Notes: a model not told the origin generated them from the letters alone. 64,000 bases of DNA from Thermococcus sp. JdFR-02 (GCA_002009975.1 MTLP01000009.1:32001-96000); one strand, 5' to 3'. Numbered from the stretch's first letter, positions 9,469 to 18,916 are shown. Made by a program: numbers and translations.

Positions 9469-10062
9469 TTATTGATCTCTTGTCTCTCTGTTTTTTAGTA
9501 ACTCTTTTAGAAGTTCTTGGAAATCCTGTTCTGCTTTGATCTTTTTATAGAACTCGTATTCGCTCTTAACAAACTTATAATGTTCTAGTTCATCCTCTGC
9601 AAGCTCTAAAAATATTCTTTTATGTACTGGATCGCGCATCTGTTTTTCTAAAAATGTGTAAACTTCTTTTGCAAGTCTTTCTGAATCCATAGCAGTCTCC
9701 AGCACATTCAAATAATCTCTCACTGTGTCTAACTTACAGTTACATTCTTCAAATGGTTTTATCCAAGTCTCAATATGGATTTCTGTGGGTCTTTCATTTG
9801 GAAAGAGCTCTTTGAATATCTGGGAAACCTTTTCATCATGAGATTTTTCAGTTTCAAGGAACTGTTTAAACTTATTTTTTAAATACGGCTCATCGATTTT
9901 CTTGTATAGGAAGGCATATAATCTTGTTGCATCCCTTTCCCCTTTTATTGCATAGCTGAGAATATCCTTGAGAGGCAATTTTGAAATTTTCTTTAAGGTC
10001 TCTCTTATTTTTTCCTCAGCCTCTCCCTCTTCCATAAAGTAATCTATAGGCTTTTTCTTCAT
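9469..10062 (-). CDS. Ferritin-like/rubrerythrin family protein
   Basis: AIKGE..LY, EKSH, ELEH diiron-type pattern. Confidence 0.85.
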   Translation of the reverse strand: MKKKPIDYFMEEGEAEEKIRETLKKISKLPLKDILSYAIKGERDATRLYAFLYKKIDEPYLKNKFKQFLETEKSHDEKVSQIFKELFPNERPTEIHIETWIKPFEECNCKLDTVRDYLNVLETAMDSERLAKEVYTFLEKQMRDPVHKRIFLELAEDELEHYKFVKSEYEFYKKIKAEQDFQELLKELLKNRETRDQ

Positions 10063-10075
10063 AATCTTTTCACCA

Positions 10076-10092
10076 TATCACCCTTTGTGATA
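10076..10092. promoter_or_regulatory. Thermococcales glycolytic motif (TGM; TrmBL1/Tgr operator)
   Basis: Exact TATCAC-N5-GTGATA (TATCACCCTTTGTGATA) between the minus-strand TATA (~10106-10120) and the start at 10062. Confidence 0.8.
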
Positions 10093-10205
10093 AAATAGTT
10101 TTTTTGATTTAAAACTTTTTGTTTGGCAGATTTAGACTAAAAATACTAAATTGCGGAGATCCCTATATTTTGGAGGTTATGTAAGAATAAAGCTTATAAA
10201 ATTTC

Positions 10206-10219
10206 ATGACACATGTCAT
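10206..10219. promoter_or_regulatory. Palindrome just downstream of the fprA TATA box
   Basis: ATGACA-CA-TGTCAT, perfect 6-bp arms after AAAGCTTATAAA. Confidence 0.45.
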
Positions 10220-10233
10220 AATAGGTGATGAAA

Positions 10234-11406
10234 ATGATAGGGAGTTTTGAAGTGAAAAAGAACATTTATTGGGTTGGAACAATTGATCCAGCTAAGAAAG
10301 TGTTTGATCTAGTAATTGATTCTCCTTATGGAACAACCTATAACTCTTACTTAATTTTAGATGAAAAGAGGGTTCTTATAGACACTACAGAAGAAAAATT
10401 GGCTAAAGAGTGGCTTGAGAAAATTGAAAATGTCATTCCAGCTGAAGAAATAAATTATGTTGTCATTAATCACGTAGAGCCAGATCACAGTGCGGGTCTA
10501 AAGTTATTGCTAGAGAAGAATCCTAATGTTACGGTAATTGCAACACCTCAAGCGAAAATACTCTTGAAGGAGGTAGTTAATAGGGATTTCAATTTTATGC
10601 CAGCAAAAGATGGAATGGAGCTTAAAATAGGAAAAAGAACCCTGAAATTTATTCAAATGCCATTTTGGCATTGGCCCGAGACTATGATGACATATTTAGT
10701 TGAAGATAAGATTTTGTTCCCATGTGACGGCTTTGGTTCAAATTACTTTGAAGAGAGCTTCTTTTATAGCAAGATACAACAAAAAGAAACTTATTGGAGG
10801 GAGTTCTGGAAGTACTTTAGGTTTGTTTTGGCACCCTTTAGGAAATTCATAATTCAAGGTCTTGAGAAGCTTAAAGGATTAGAAATTGAGATGATTGCTC
10901 CATCTCACGGTGTCATTATAGACACAAGGGAAGGAATAGAAAAAGCTTTTGAGGTATATGAAGAGTTTTTGAAGAAGCCAAGGAATAAGATTATAATAGC
11001 TTATGCGAGTGCCCATGGAAACGTTGAGAAAATTGCAAAAGCTATTCATGAGGAAATCGGTGGAGAGCTTTTGGATTTAGCTTATGCAAGCAGAGAGGAG
11101 GTTTTAGAAAAGATCGATAGTGCCAAAGCAATATTCTTTGGAGCACCTACTTTGAACGGCATGACTGCGCCTCAGACTTTAGAGGCAATGATCCTCTTAG
11201 GTTTGACGCCTGATTGGAGGGGTAAGAGAATAGCTCTCTTTGGTTCTTATGGATGGAGTGGTGAAGGAATTCCACTTCTTGAAGAGGTTGCAAAGAAAAT
11301 GCGCTTGAAGCTCTATCAGCCCAGCTTTAGAGTAAAATTTGCTCCAAGTGAGGAAGAAATCGAGAAAGCCAAGAAATGGGCAAGGGCTTTTATTGAAACC
11401 CCTTAG
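10234..11406 (+). CDS. fprA: Flavodiiron protein (FprA, A-type flavoprotein)
   Basis: GTTYNSY, NHVEPDHS, HWPET, CDGFG, PSHG plus flavodoxin domain (FGSYGWSGE). Confidence 0.95.
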   Translation: MIGSFEVKKNIYWVGTIDPAKKVFDLVIDSPYGTTYNSYLILDEKRVLIDTTEEKLAKEWLEKIENVIPAEEINYVVINHVEPDHSAGLKLLLEKNPNVTVIATPQAKILLKEVVNRDFNFMPAKDGMELKIGKRTLKFIQMPFWHWPETMMTYLVEDKILFPCDGFGSNYFEESFFYSKIQQKETYWREFWKYFRFVLAPFRKFIIQGLEKLKGLEIEMIAPSHGVIIDTREGIEKAFEVYEEFLKKPRNKIIIAYASAHGNVEKIAKAIHEEIGGELLDLAYASREEVLEKIDSAKAIFFGAPTLNGMTAPQTLEAMILLGLTPDWRGKRIALFGSYGWSGEGIPLLEEVAKKMRLKLYQPSFRVKFAPSEEEIEKAKKWARAFIETP

Positions 11407-11488
11407 CTTCTTTTTCTTTGCCCTTTCTTAAATCCAAAAATGTTTTAAAGGTTTATGCCAAAGGGGTTCACGCAATGTAATAGCTCAT

Positions 11489-11522
11489 GGCTCGGGGTAT
11501 CCGCTAGAGAGCCTACCGAGCC
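11489..11522 (+). promoter_or_regulatory. GC-rich hairpin in the 5' leader of the rpl44e operon
   Basis: GGCTCGG(11489-95) pairs with CCGAGCC(11516-22), upstream of the GGAGGTGG RBS. Confidence 0.55.
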
Positions 11523-11540
11523 CTTGCGGAGGTGGAGAGA

Positions 11541-11825
11541 GTGAAGTTTCCAAAGAAAATAAGAACATACTGTCCCTACTGTAAAAAGCACACTATTCAC
11601 ACAGTTGAGAAAGTGAAAAAGAGACCAAGAAGTGAGCTTAGTGCTGGTCAAAGAAGATTCAGGAGAATCCTTAAAGGTTACAAAGGTTTCCCAAGACCAA
11701 AGCCAGAGGGAAGAGAAAAGCCAGTCAAAAAGCTAGACCTAAGATACAGATGTACTGTATGTAAGAAAGCCCACACAAGAGGAGAAGGGTTCAGGGTAAA
11801 GAAGTTCGAACTTGTTGAGAGGTGA
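11541..11825 (+). CDS. rpl44e: 50S ribosomal protein L44e
   Basis: [11 protein letters not shown]...RCTVCKK; GTG start after GGAGGTGG. Confidence 0.97.
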   Translation: MKFPKKIRTYCPYCKKHTIHTVEKVKKRPRSELSAGQRRFRRILKGYKGFPRPKPEGREKPVKKLDLRYRCTVCKKAHTRGEGFRVKKFELVER

Positions 11826-11830
11826 GAGCA

Positions 11831-12028
11831 ATGGAGCTTCCTAAGAATCTAATTCCAATGCCAAAATCAAGATTTTTGAGGGTTAAGTGTATCGACTGTG
11901 GAAACGAGCAAATTGTATTCAGTAATCCAGCTACAAAGGTCCGCTGCTTAGTTTGTGGTGCAACATTGGTTGAGCCAACAGGTGGTAAGGGAATAATCAA
12001 AGCGAAAATAATTGAAGTCCTTGAGTGA
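11831..12028 (+). CDS. rps27e: 30S ribosomal protein S27e
   Basis: [16 protein letters not shown]...CLVCG...PTGGK. Confidence 0.97.
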   Translation: MELPKNLIPMPKSRFLRVKCIDCGNEQIVFSNPATKVRCLVCGATLVEPTGGKGIIKAKIIEVLE

Positions 12029-12133
12029 CTTCTCTTTTAATATATTTTGCTTTTCTCCAATTTGCGAAACTTTAAAAAGTTCTACAGTTAACAATCCAAA
12101 AGGGTTAATAAAATTAGAACGGGGATGATGAAG

Positions 12134-12961
12134 ATGCCAAGGAGAGCTAAGGATTTTCCTGAAGAAGGAGAGTTTGTGGTTGCTACGGTAAAGAACATTC
12201 ACCATTATGGTGCGTTCCTTTCATTGGATGAATACCCTGGAAAAGAGGGGTTTATGCATATCAGTGAAGTTGCTCCAACATGGGTAAAGAACATTAGGGA
12301 TTACTTGAAAGAAGGACAAAAGATAGTTGCAAAGGTCATTAGGGTTGATCCTTCAAAGGGACACATAGATTTGAGCTTAAAGCGTGTAACTCAGCAGCAA
12401 AGGAAAGCAAAGCTTCAAGAATTCAAGAGGGCTCAAAAAGCTGAGAATCTATTAAAGATGGTTGCTGAGAGAATAGGAAAGAGCTTTGAAGATGCTTGGA
12501 AAGAGGTATGGGTCCCCCTAGAAGAGGAATATGGAGAGGTTTATGCTGCCTTTGAAGATGCAGCTCAAAATGGAAAGGAGGTTTTGGAAGGATTAATTCC
12601 AGAAGAGTGGATTGAGCCACTTTATGAGATAATTAAGAGTTATGTTGAAATTCCAACCGTTACAATTGATGCTGAGCTTGAAATAACGGTTCCAACGTCA
12701 AATGGAATTGAAGTTATTAGAGAGGCATTGATTAGGGCGAGAAACAGAATTAATGAGATAAAAGATATTGAAGCAAAGATAACCTATTTGGGTGCCCCAA
12801 GATACAGGATTGATATTGTTGCACCAGATTATCTTACTGCTGAAAAAGTTATGGAAGATATTGCTGCAGAGATTCTTGATGTCATAAAGAAGGCTGGTGG
12901 AGAAGCTACATTTATTAGGAAGGAAAAGAGAATTAAGAAAATTAAGAGGAGAGAGAAATGA
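12134..12961 (+). CDS. eif2a: Translation initiation factor aIF2 alpha subunit
   Basis: S1 domain (FMHISEV, KGHIDLS) and GAPRYRI; conserved synteny. Confidence 0.97.
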   Translation: MPRRAKDFPEEGEFVVATVKNIHHYGAFLSLDEYPGKEGFMHISEVAPTWVKNIRDYLKEGQKIVAKVIRVDPSKGHIDLSLKRVTQQQRKAKLQEFKRAQKAENLLKMVAERIGKSFEDAWKEVWVPLEEEYGEVYAAFEDAAQNGKEVLEGLIPEEWIEPLYEIIKSYVEIPTVTIDAELEITVPTSNGIEVIREALIRARNRINEIKDIEAKITYLGAPRYRIDIVAPDYLTAEKVMEDIAAEILDVIKKAGGEATFIRKEKRIKKIKRREK

Positions 12962-13137
12962 GGTGGCGCATTAGGAGATGCTCAAATTGTGGGAGATATA
13001 CTTTAAAAGAAGTTTGTCCAGCTTGTGGGGGCGAGACCAAGATAGCCCATCCTCCAAAATTTTCTCCTGAAGATCCCTATGGGGAGTATAGGAGAAGGCT
13101 TAAGAGAGAGTTGTTAGGAATTAAAAGTGGAAGGTGA
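12958..13137 (+). CDS. nop10: H/ACA RNP protein Nop10 (not in ORF track)
   Basis: MRWRIRRCSNCGRYTLKEVCPACGGETKIAHPPKFSPEDPYGEYRR; ATGA overlap with aIF2alpha. Confidence 0.96.
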   Translation: MRWRIRRCSNCGRYTLKEVCPACGGETKIAHPPKFSPEDPYGEYRRRLKRELLGIKSGR

Positions 13138-13141
13138 TTTT

Positions 13142-13927
13142 ATGAAAGAAAGTGTTATTGTTGTTTATGAAAGACCAGAGCTGAATGATCCAATATTTAT
13201 TGAAGGTTTGCCTGGAATTGGGTTGGTTGGAAAACTAGCTGCTGAGCATTTGATAAATGAGTTAAAAGCAAAGAAGTTTGCTGATTTATATTCTCCACAC
13301 TTCTTGCACCAAGTTTTGATTAAAAAGGACTCGACTGTTGATTTGATGAAAAATGAGTTCTACTATTGGAAAAGTCCAGATGAAGAACATAGAGACTTAA
13401 TCATAATAACTGGAGATACTCAAGTTCCTCCAACTGACAGTTATGGGCATTTTGAAGTTGTTGGAAAGATGCTTGAGTTTGTTGAGCAGTTTGGAACAAG
13501 GGAAATAATTACGATGGGTGGTTATCAAGTCCCAGAGCTTCAAGGAGAGCCGAGGGTTTTAGGTTCAGTCACGCACTTAGAGCTTAAAGAGAAATATAAG
13601 GGTTATGACATAGTCTTTAGGGAAGATGAAGGAGGAGCCATTGTAGGTGCAGCTGGCTTGTTGCTTGGAATTGGAAAGTTAAAGGGAATGAAGGGAATTT
13701 GTCTTTTAGGAGAGTCCTTAGGTTATATCGTTGATGCAAAGGCTGCAAAAGCAGTATTAAATGTCGTTGCGAAGATCCTTAATCTCGAAATTGACATGAC
13801 GGCTTTAGATGAGAGGGCAAAAGAAACTGAAGAGATTTTAAGAAAAGTCCAAGAAATGCAAAGAGCAATGCTTGAACAACAAATACCAACAGTTGAAAGG
13901 GGCGAAGAGGACAGGGGATACATTTGA
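13142..13927 (+). CDS. Proteasome assembly chaperone (PAC2) family protein
   Basis: EGLPGIGLVGK, GAAGLL, CLLGES; conserved position after nop10. Confidence 0.9.
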   Translation: MKESVIVVYERPELNDPIFIEGLPGIGLVGKLAAEHLINELKAKKFADLYSPHFLHQVLIKKDSTVDLMKNEFYYWKSPDEEHRDLIIITGDTQVPPTDSYGHFEVVGKMLEFVEQFGTREIITMGGYQVPELQGEPRVLGSVTHLELKEKYKGYDIVFREDEGGAIVGAAGLLLGIGKLKGMKGICLLGESLGYIVDAKAAKAVLNVVAKILNLEIDMTALDERAKETEEILRKVQEMQRAMLEQQIPTVERGEEDRGYI

Positions 13928-13952
13928 TTCTTTCTTCTTTTTGGTGATTTTT

Positions 13953-15215
13953 ATGCACTTTGATGCCGATTTGCATATACATTCAAAATACTCCAAAGCC
14001 ACATCCCAGCTTATGAACATCCCATTAATAGCAGAGAATGCTAAGCTTAAGGGGTTAAGCATAGTTGGAACTGGTGATATTTTAAATCCAAGATGGGAAG
14101 AGGAACTTTTAAAATACGCTCAAAAGGTTGATGAAGGGACTTTTGAGTATAAAGGAGTTAGATTTCTCCTAACAACTGAAGTCGAAGATGCTAAAAGAGT
14201 TCACCATGTTCTGATTTTTCCAAATCTTCAAGCTGTCCACGAGATGAGGGAAAAGCTAAAGCACTATTCTAAGGACATTGAAACTGAAGGAAGACCACAT
14301 TTAAGCTTAAACGGTGCAGAGATTGCAGAGTTAGCAAATGATTTGGAGGTTTTAATAGGACCAAGTCATGCCTTTACGCCATGGACAGCTTTGTATAAGG
14401 AGTATGATAGCTTAAAAGAGTGTTATGGAAACGCTAAGATTCATTTCCTCGAGCTTGGTCTTTCAGCTGATTCTTATTTAGCTGATTTGATTAAGGCTCA
14501 TCATAAGCTAACATATCTCTCAAATTCCGATGCCCATTCTCCCCATCCTCATCGCTTAGGGAGGGAATTTAACCGTTTTGAGATTCAAGAGCCAACTTTT
14601 GAGGAAGTCAGAAAAGCTCTTTTAAAGCGTAGTGGAAGGAAGATAATCTTAAACGCTGGGCTTGATCCAAGATTGGGGAAGTATCATCTGACAGCTTGCT
14701 CAAGATGTTACACCAAATACAAACTTGAAGATGCTAAGCGCTTAGGCTGGAGATGTGAGAAATGTGGAGGGATAATAAAGAAAGGTGTAAAGGATAGGAT
14801 ATTAGAGCTGGCTGATACAAAAGAAAAGCCTGAGGATAGGGCTCCTTATCTTCACTTGGCACCTTTAGCAGAAATTATTGCTATGGTTCTTAACAAAGGT
14901 GTTGAAACTAAAGCCATAAAGACTATTTGGGAGAGGCTTTTGAAAGAGTTTGGGAGTGAGATTAGAGTTTTAGTTGATGTTCCAATTGAGGATATAGCTA
15001 AGACTATTGGGGAGGATATAGCTAAGGCAATTTGGGCTTTTAGGAAGGAGAAATTACTTGTTATTCCAGGCGGTGGAGGGAAGTATGGTGAAATAAAGCT
15101 TCCAGAGGAGATAAAGAAAGCTAAGCTTGAAGATTTAGAGAGTATAGAAGTTAAGCAAAGGGAAGAGTATTACAAGCCCAAGCAGAGCTCGATTTTGAGC
15201 TTTTTGAAGAGGTGA
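13953..15215 (+). CDS. PHP-family phosphoesterase with Zn ribbon (TIGR00375 family)
   Basis: DLHIHSKYS, SNSDAHS, GKYH..CSRC...CEKC, PGGGGKYG. Confidence 0.88.
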   Translation: MHFDADLHIHSKYSKATSQLMNIPLIAENAKLKGLSIVGTGDILNPRWEEELLKYAQKVDEGTFEYKGVRFLLTTEVEDAKRVHHVLIFPNLQAVHEMREKLKHYSKDIETEGRPHLSLNGAEIAELANDLEVLIGPSHAFTPWTALYKEYDSLKECYGNAKIHFLELGLSADSYLADLIKAHHKLTYLSNSDAHSPHPHRLGREFNRFEIQEPTFEEVRKALLKRSGRKIILNAGLDPRLGKYHLTACSRCYTKYKLEDAKRLGWRCEKCGGIIKKGVKDRILELADTKEKPEDRAPYLHLAPLAEIIAMVLNKGVETKAIKTIWERLLKEFGSEIRVLVDVPIEDIAKTIGEDIAKAIWAFRKEKLLVIPGGGGKYGEIKLPEEIKKAKLEDLESIEVKQREEYYKPKQSSILSFLKR

Positions 15216-15219
15216 TTAG

Positions 15220-16164
15220 ATGGAACGCGAGATAATTGGTCTTTTTATGAGGTATTTTAAAAATCAGGGAGATTTACCTCTTGGTGATGATGCCGGCGCA
15301 TTAAAGTTTGGAGATGAGTGGTTAGTTGCTACCAACGACATGCTCGTGAAAAGTACGGATGTCCCAGAAATAATGACACCAGAGCAAGTTGGCTTTAAAG
15401 TTTTTACGATGAACATTAGCGATTTAGCCGCAATGGGGGCTAAACCTATAGGCTTTCTCTTCTCGCTTGGTGTTCCAAATAAGTTTGACATGAACTATTT
15501 AAAAGGGATAGCACTGGGATTAGCTAAGGCATCTAAGTTTTATGAAACACCTATAATAAGCGCTGATACCAATGAGGCATGTGATCTGATAATTGATGGT
15601 ATAGCTCTGGGAAAAACCAAGAGAATATTAACGAGAAGTGGAGCAAATGCTGGCGACTTAGTTTGTGTTACTGGAGATATAGGAAGGGCTTTAGCTGGGC
15701 TTAAAGTGTATTTTGAAAATCTTGATGTAGGAAAAGGGACGAGAGAGGCACTCTATGAAAAACTTCTTGAACCAAAAGCTCGTATTAAAGAGGGACAAAT
15801 TTTAAGCAAGTATGCAAATGCAGCGATTGATATAAGCGACGGCATGAGCAAAGAGCTTCACTTAGTTGCAGAGATGAGCGGTGTTAAAATTTTGGTTGAT
15901 TCAGAAAAGCTGCCTATACAAGAGGAAGTCTTTGAAGTTGCTGGGCTCTTAGGTTTAGACCCAATTGAGATTGCCTTAGCATCGGGAGAAGAGTTTGAGC
16001 TCATCTTTACAATTCCTGAGGAGCACTTGGATAAGCTTAACTTTGATTTCACGGTGATTGGAAGGGTTGAAAAGGGAGAAGGAGTTTATCTAAGGAGGAA
16101 TGGAAAACTCGAGAAGATGCCGGTTTTGGGATGGGAGCATTTATCTAGATTAAACAAAAAATAA
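15220..16164 (+). CDS. thiL: Thiamine-monophosphate kinase
   Basis: GDDAG, NISDLAAMGA, IDISDG, GEEFELIFT. Confidence 0.95.
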   Translation: MEREIIGLFMRYFKNQGDLPLGDDAGALKFGDEWLVATNDMLVKSTDVPEIMTPEQVGFKVFTMNISDLAAMGAKPIGFLFSLGVPNKFDMNYLKGIALGLAKASKFYETPIISADTNEACDLIIDGIALGKTKRILTRSGANAGDLVCVTGDIGRALAGLKVYFENLDVGKGTREALYEKLLEPKARIKEGQILSKYANAAIDISDGMSKELHLVAEMSGVKILVDSEKLPIQEEVFEVAGLLGLDPIEIALASGEEFELIFTIPEEHLDKLNFDFTVIGRVEKGEGVYLRRNGKLEKMPVLGWEHLSRLNKK

Positions 16165-16275
16165 ACATAAGTTACTTTTTGAGTTATTTGGTTATTTTAC
16201 TATACAACACTATTTTGTGTAGGTTTATTGTACTTTGAGAAATTCTTTTTTAAAATACATTAAAAAATAAATAGC

Positions 16276-16306
16276 AATACTATAATATATGGAAAAATTT
16301 ATATAG
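16276..16306 (+). promoter_or_regulatory. Promoter (upstream motif + BRE/TATA), copy 1
   Basis: AATACTATAATATATGGAAAAATTTATATAG, 28/31 identical to 17500-17530. Confidence 0.7.
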
Positions 16307-16354
16307 TACCAGTTCATAATTTGAGGATGGTAGGCTTATATTTGGGGGAGCGGC

Positions 16355-17302
16355 ATGAACAAGAAAGTAAAAAATCTGGCAATATTTGCCATAGGATTAA
16401 TTTTAGGAAGCCTGCTACTTGTGGAAGGTAGTTTCTTTTTCCCTTCTAACAGGGAACCAAGGATAGTCACAGGGTACAGCATAGAGAGGGCCTCAAAAGA
16501 GTTCTATCCGCCATTAGAAGTGGAAATTATAAGAAACTTAACAGAGATTATTGATAAGAAAAGTCTTAGAATCATTTATGAGTCCTTAGATAAAAACGCT
16601 GTTCACATTGGCACATTCAAGCAGGAAAGTGAATATTTATCAATCTTTGAACTTAGTCTAAGTAAAAACGGTACACCAGACATTGCATATATTTTGTGGT
16701 TCAAGAGCAAGGATGGAATAAAGATCCTCAGGAAAGATCGCGCTCTTGTCAGGAAAATCTATGAAAGTCGGGATAAGGAAATTCTCAATACTTTAAAGAC
16801 CGACAACACAACAATTATCATCGGTAAAGAGACAGGGAGTACAGTCTATTACATTGAAATTCCAATATTTAAGATAGCTCAGACTTCGGGAAGTATAGGA
16901 ACTGAAGATCTTAGATCAACTTATGAGGAAGGGGAATATTACATAGTAACAGCTTTCACTGAGCACTACTGGTATGACAAGATCAGCGACAAGAAATATG
17001 CATGGGTGGGGGCAAAAGGCGAGTTCCATGTGATTTATGGCAGTAAAGTGTTTATGGTGAAGGATCTCTCATATGCAGGAGAATCTGGCTCATTAGTTAG
17101 TATGTGTTCATTTGATTCCCAAAAAGAAGGAGAAGGGACCTTTGATGCAACAGTTAAGGCTGATGCTCACTTCTTAGAGGTGATTTCGCCCCTTATATAC
17201 TGCATCCACGACTATGGACATCCGAGGGTGGTTGTAGATGCATGGTTAGACGTGGATCATCCAGGTGCTCAAAGTGATGGAATCGGTGTTTGTAAATGTT
17301 AA
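16355..17302 (+). CDS. Hypothetical secreted protein
   Basis: Basic N-terminus plus hydrophobic signal; beta-rich C-terminal domain with 4 Cys. Confidence 0.75.
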   Translation: MNKKVKNLAIFAIGLILGSLLLVEGSFFFPSNREPRIVTGYSIERASKEFYPPLEVEIIRNLTEIIDKKSLRIIYESLDKNAVHIGTFKQESEYLSIFELSLSKNGTPDIAYILWFKSKDGIKILRKDRALVRKIYESRDKEILNTLKTDNTTIIIGKETGSTVYYIEIPIFKIAQTSGSIGTEDLRSTYEEGEYYIVTAFTEHYWYDKISDKKYAWVGAKGEFHVIYGSKVFMVKDLSYAGESGSLVSMCSFDSQKEGEGTFDATVKADAHFLEVISPLIYCIHDYGHPRVVVDAWLDVDHPGAQSDGIGVCKC

Positions 17303-17499
17303 GTGTTGGATTTTCAGCTTTTCCTTTTCAATTAAAAACATTGTCTATAACCGAGGGAATATTGGTTTTAGGTAGAAACACCTAAGATAACTCTATTGAG
17401 GTATTCTTTCCATTTTGTCGAATTTGATTTACGATATATCTTATTAAACTTTAATTGATTTTCAATCCTTTGATTTTTTATAATATATTAGGGAGTAAT

Positions 17500-17530
17500 A
17501 ATACTATAATAAATAGAAAAATTTATAAAG
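17500..17530 (+). promoter_or_regulatory. Promoter (upstream motif + BRE/TATA), copy 2
   Basis: AATACTATAATAAATAGAAAAATTTATAAAG, 28/31 identical to 16276-16306. Confidence 0.7.
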
Positions 17531-17577
17531 AGTCTTTGAGTCATCATTTATGGGTCGTTACCTTTGGAGGTGCTACA

Positions 17578-18501
17578 ATGTGGAAGAAATTGCTAAGCTT
17601 GATGTTGGGGCTCCTTGTGTTGAGCATGACAGTAGGGATGGTAAGTGCGGCTAAGGTATCAAATGGACACAAAAATGCACTCTCCATAGAAATGCAGAAG
17701 AAAATTATAGAACAGTATTCCCGACTTAAAGCCAGTGGGAAAATAGAAGAAGCAAACAGATTGCTCTCAAAGCATGGATTTGTTAAGTTGGGAGAAGAAA
17801 AGATGCATCAAAAATTCAATAAACCCATCACCACAACACAGGAAAAGCTTAATTCTGATATCTCAATACAAAGCTGGGTCTCTGAAAGAGATTTAACTCT
17901 TGAAATAGAGTACATTGTATACCCCTCCTCTAAAACGGTGTTTATAGACTATTATTGGACGTGGGATTTAGTGGAAGATTACTGGGATCAGGGAGACGTG
18001 GATGAAATATCAATAACGAACGTGATAGGGCAGAGAATAAGTGGAGAAAGTTATTATAAAGTGATTGTTGATTTTATAGATGCATGGGGATATGAATTAG
18101 AGTGGGGAATGATACCAGGAAATCATGATGTAACCCTTGCCTATGATGTGCAAGCAGTTAACCAGAATGTGGGCACAGTAGAACATAGAATAATATTTAA
18201 AGCAGGAGATAGCATTCAAAAAGGCGTTATCCACGTAATGTACCGCATCCATGATGATGTATTTGGAGAAGGCGGAGGAATAAGTGCTCACATGATTTAC
18301 ACCCACACCTATGGCAATACTCAATTGGCAAGTACAGTTAGTGAAATTTCGGGAACTGTTGTCGGAATGCTATTTGAGAATCCAGTAACAGGGTATATAG
18401 TCTCTGGTACAGTAAAATATGCTGTCTACAACCTTATAGAAGAAGACGGAAAATGGACAAGTGAGTCTGTAGATAAATATGTCCAACTTCCGAGAGATTA
18501 A
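17578..18501 (+). CDS. Hypothetical secreted (pre-pro) protein, candidate effector
   Basis: GGAGGTG RBS; Sec signal MWKKLLSLMLGLLVLSMTVGMVSAA; Lys-rich segment then acidic domain with a Gly/Val/Thr-rich hairpin. Confidence 0.78.
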   Translation: MWKKLLSLMLGLLVLSMTVGMVSAAKVSNGHKNALSIEMQKKIIEQYSRLKASGKIEEANRLLSKHGFVKLGEEKMHQKFNKPITTTQEKLNSDISIQSWVSERDLTLEIEYIVYPSSKTVFIDYYWTWDLVEDYWDQGDVDEISITNVIGQRISGESYYKVIVDFIDAWGYELEWGMIPGNHDVTLAYDVQAVNQNVGTVEHRIIFKAGDSIQKGVIHVMYRIHDDVFGEGGGISAHMIYTHTYGNTQLASTVSEISGTVVGMLFENPVTGYIVSGTVKYAVYNLIEEDGKWTSESVDKYVQLPRD

Positions 18502-18514
18502 AAGGGGTTAAAAA

Positions 18515-18916
18515 ATGCAGGTATTTAAACTGACTCCTAAAGAGAAGGAAAGGTTCATGAAGAATCTTCCCATTTTCTTTTTTTACTATTTGATACTCTT
18601 TGTGTTTTTCTGGTATGGACTTTCTCACAAGACTCCTGAGGAGATCAAGGGGGGACTTCCTAGGCCAACATCCATGCCGATAACTACGGTGATAGCACTC
18701 TTGATAGTCTTTTACCTGCGATGCAGAGATAATCCTAAAAAATGCATCACGGCAAAATCAGGATTCTTTGCAATTTTTGGATTATATGTGATGTATTTAA
18801 TTTCAGCCTATACAGGGAGCGTTGCTTTGCTTTTTATTATAACGCTTGTCCTAATATACATAAACACCTTAATACGTATCAAAGAAGAATTCAAGAGAAA
18901 AGAAAAACACTACTAG
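18515..18916 (+). CDS. Small 4-TM membrane protein, paralog 1
   Basis: Clear similarity to 19388-19816 (FKLTP.E.E.F...LP.F.FYYL.LFV.FW; Y.NTLI..KE). Confidence 0.8.
   Translation: MQVFKLTPKEKERFMKNLPIFFFYYLILFVFFWYGLSHKTPEEIKGGLPRPTSMPITTVIALLIVFYLRCRDNPKKCITAKSGFFAIFGLYVMYLISAYTGSVALLFIITLVLIYINTLIRIKEEFKRKEKHY

Noticed and set aside
820-10230. SurR sites (GTTn3AAC) in the redox-gene promoters
   Set aside because: Only near-matches with wrong spacing were seen by eye
17368-17385. TTAGGT-N6-ACCTAA inverted repeat between the two secreted genes
   Set aside because: 6-bp arms in AT-rich DNA, no second copy seen; compatible with chance
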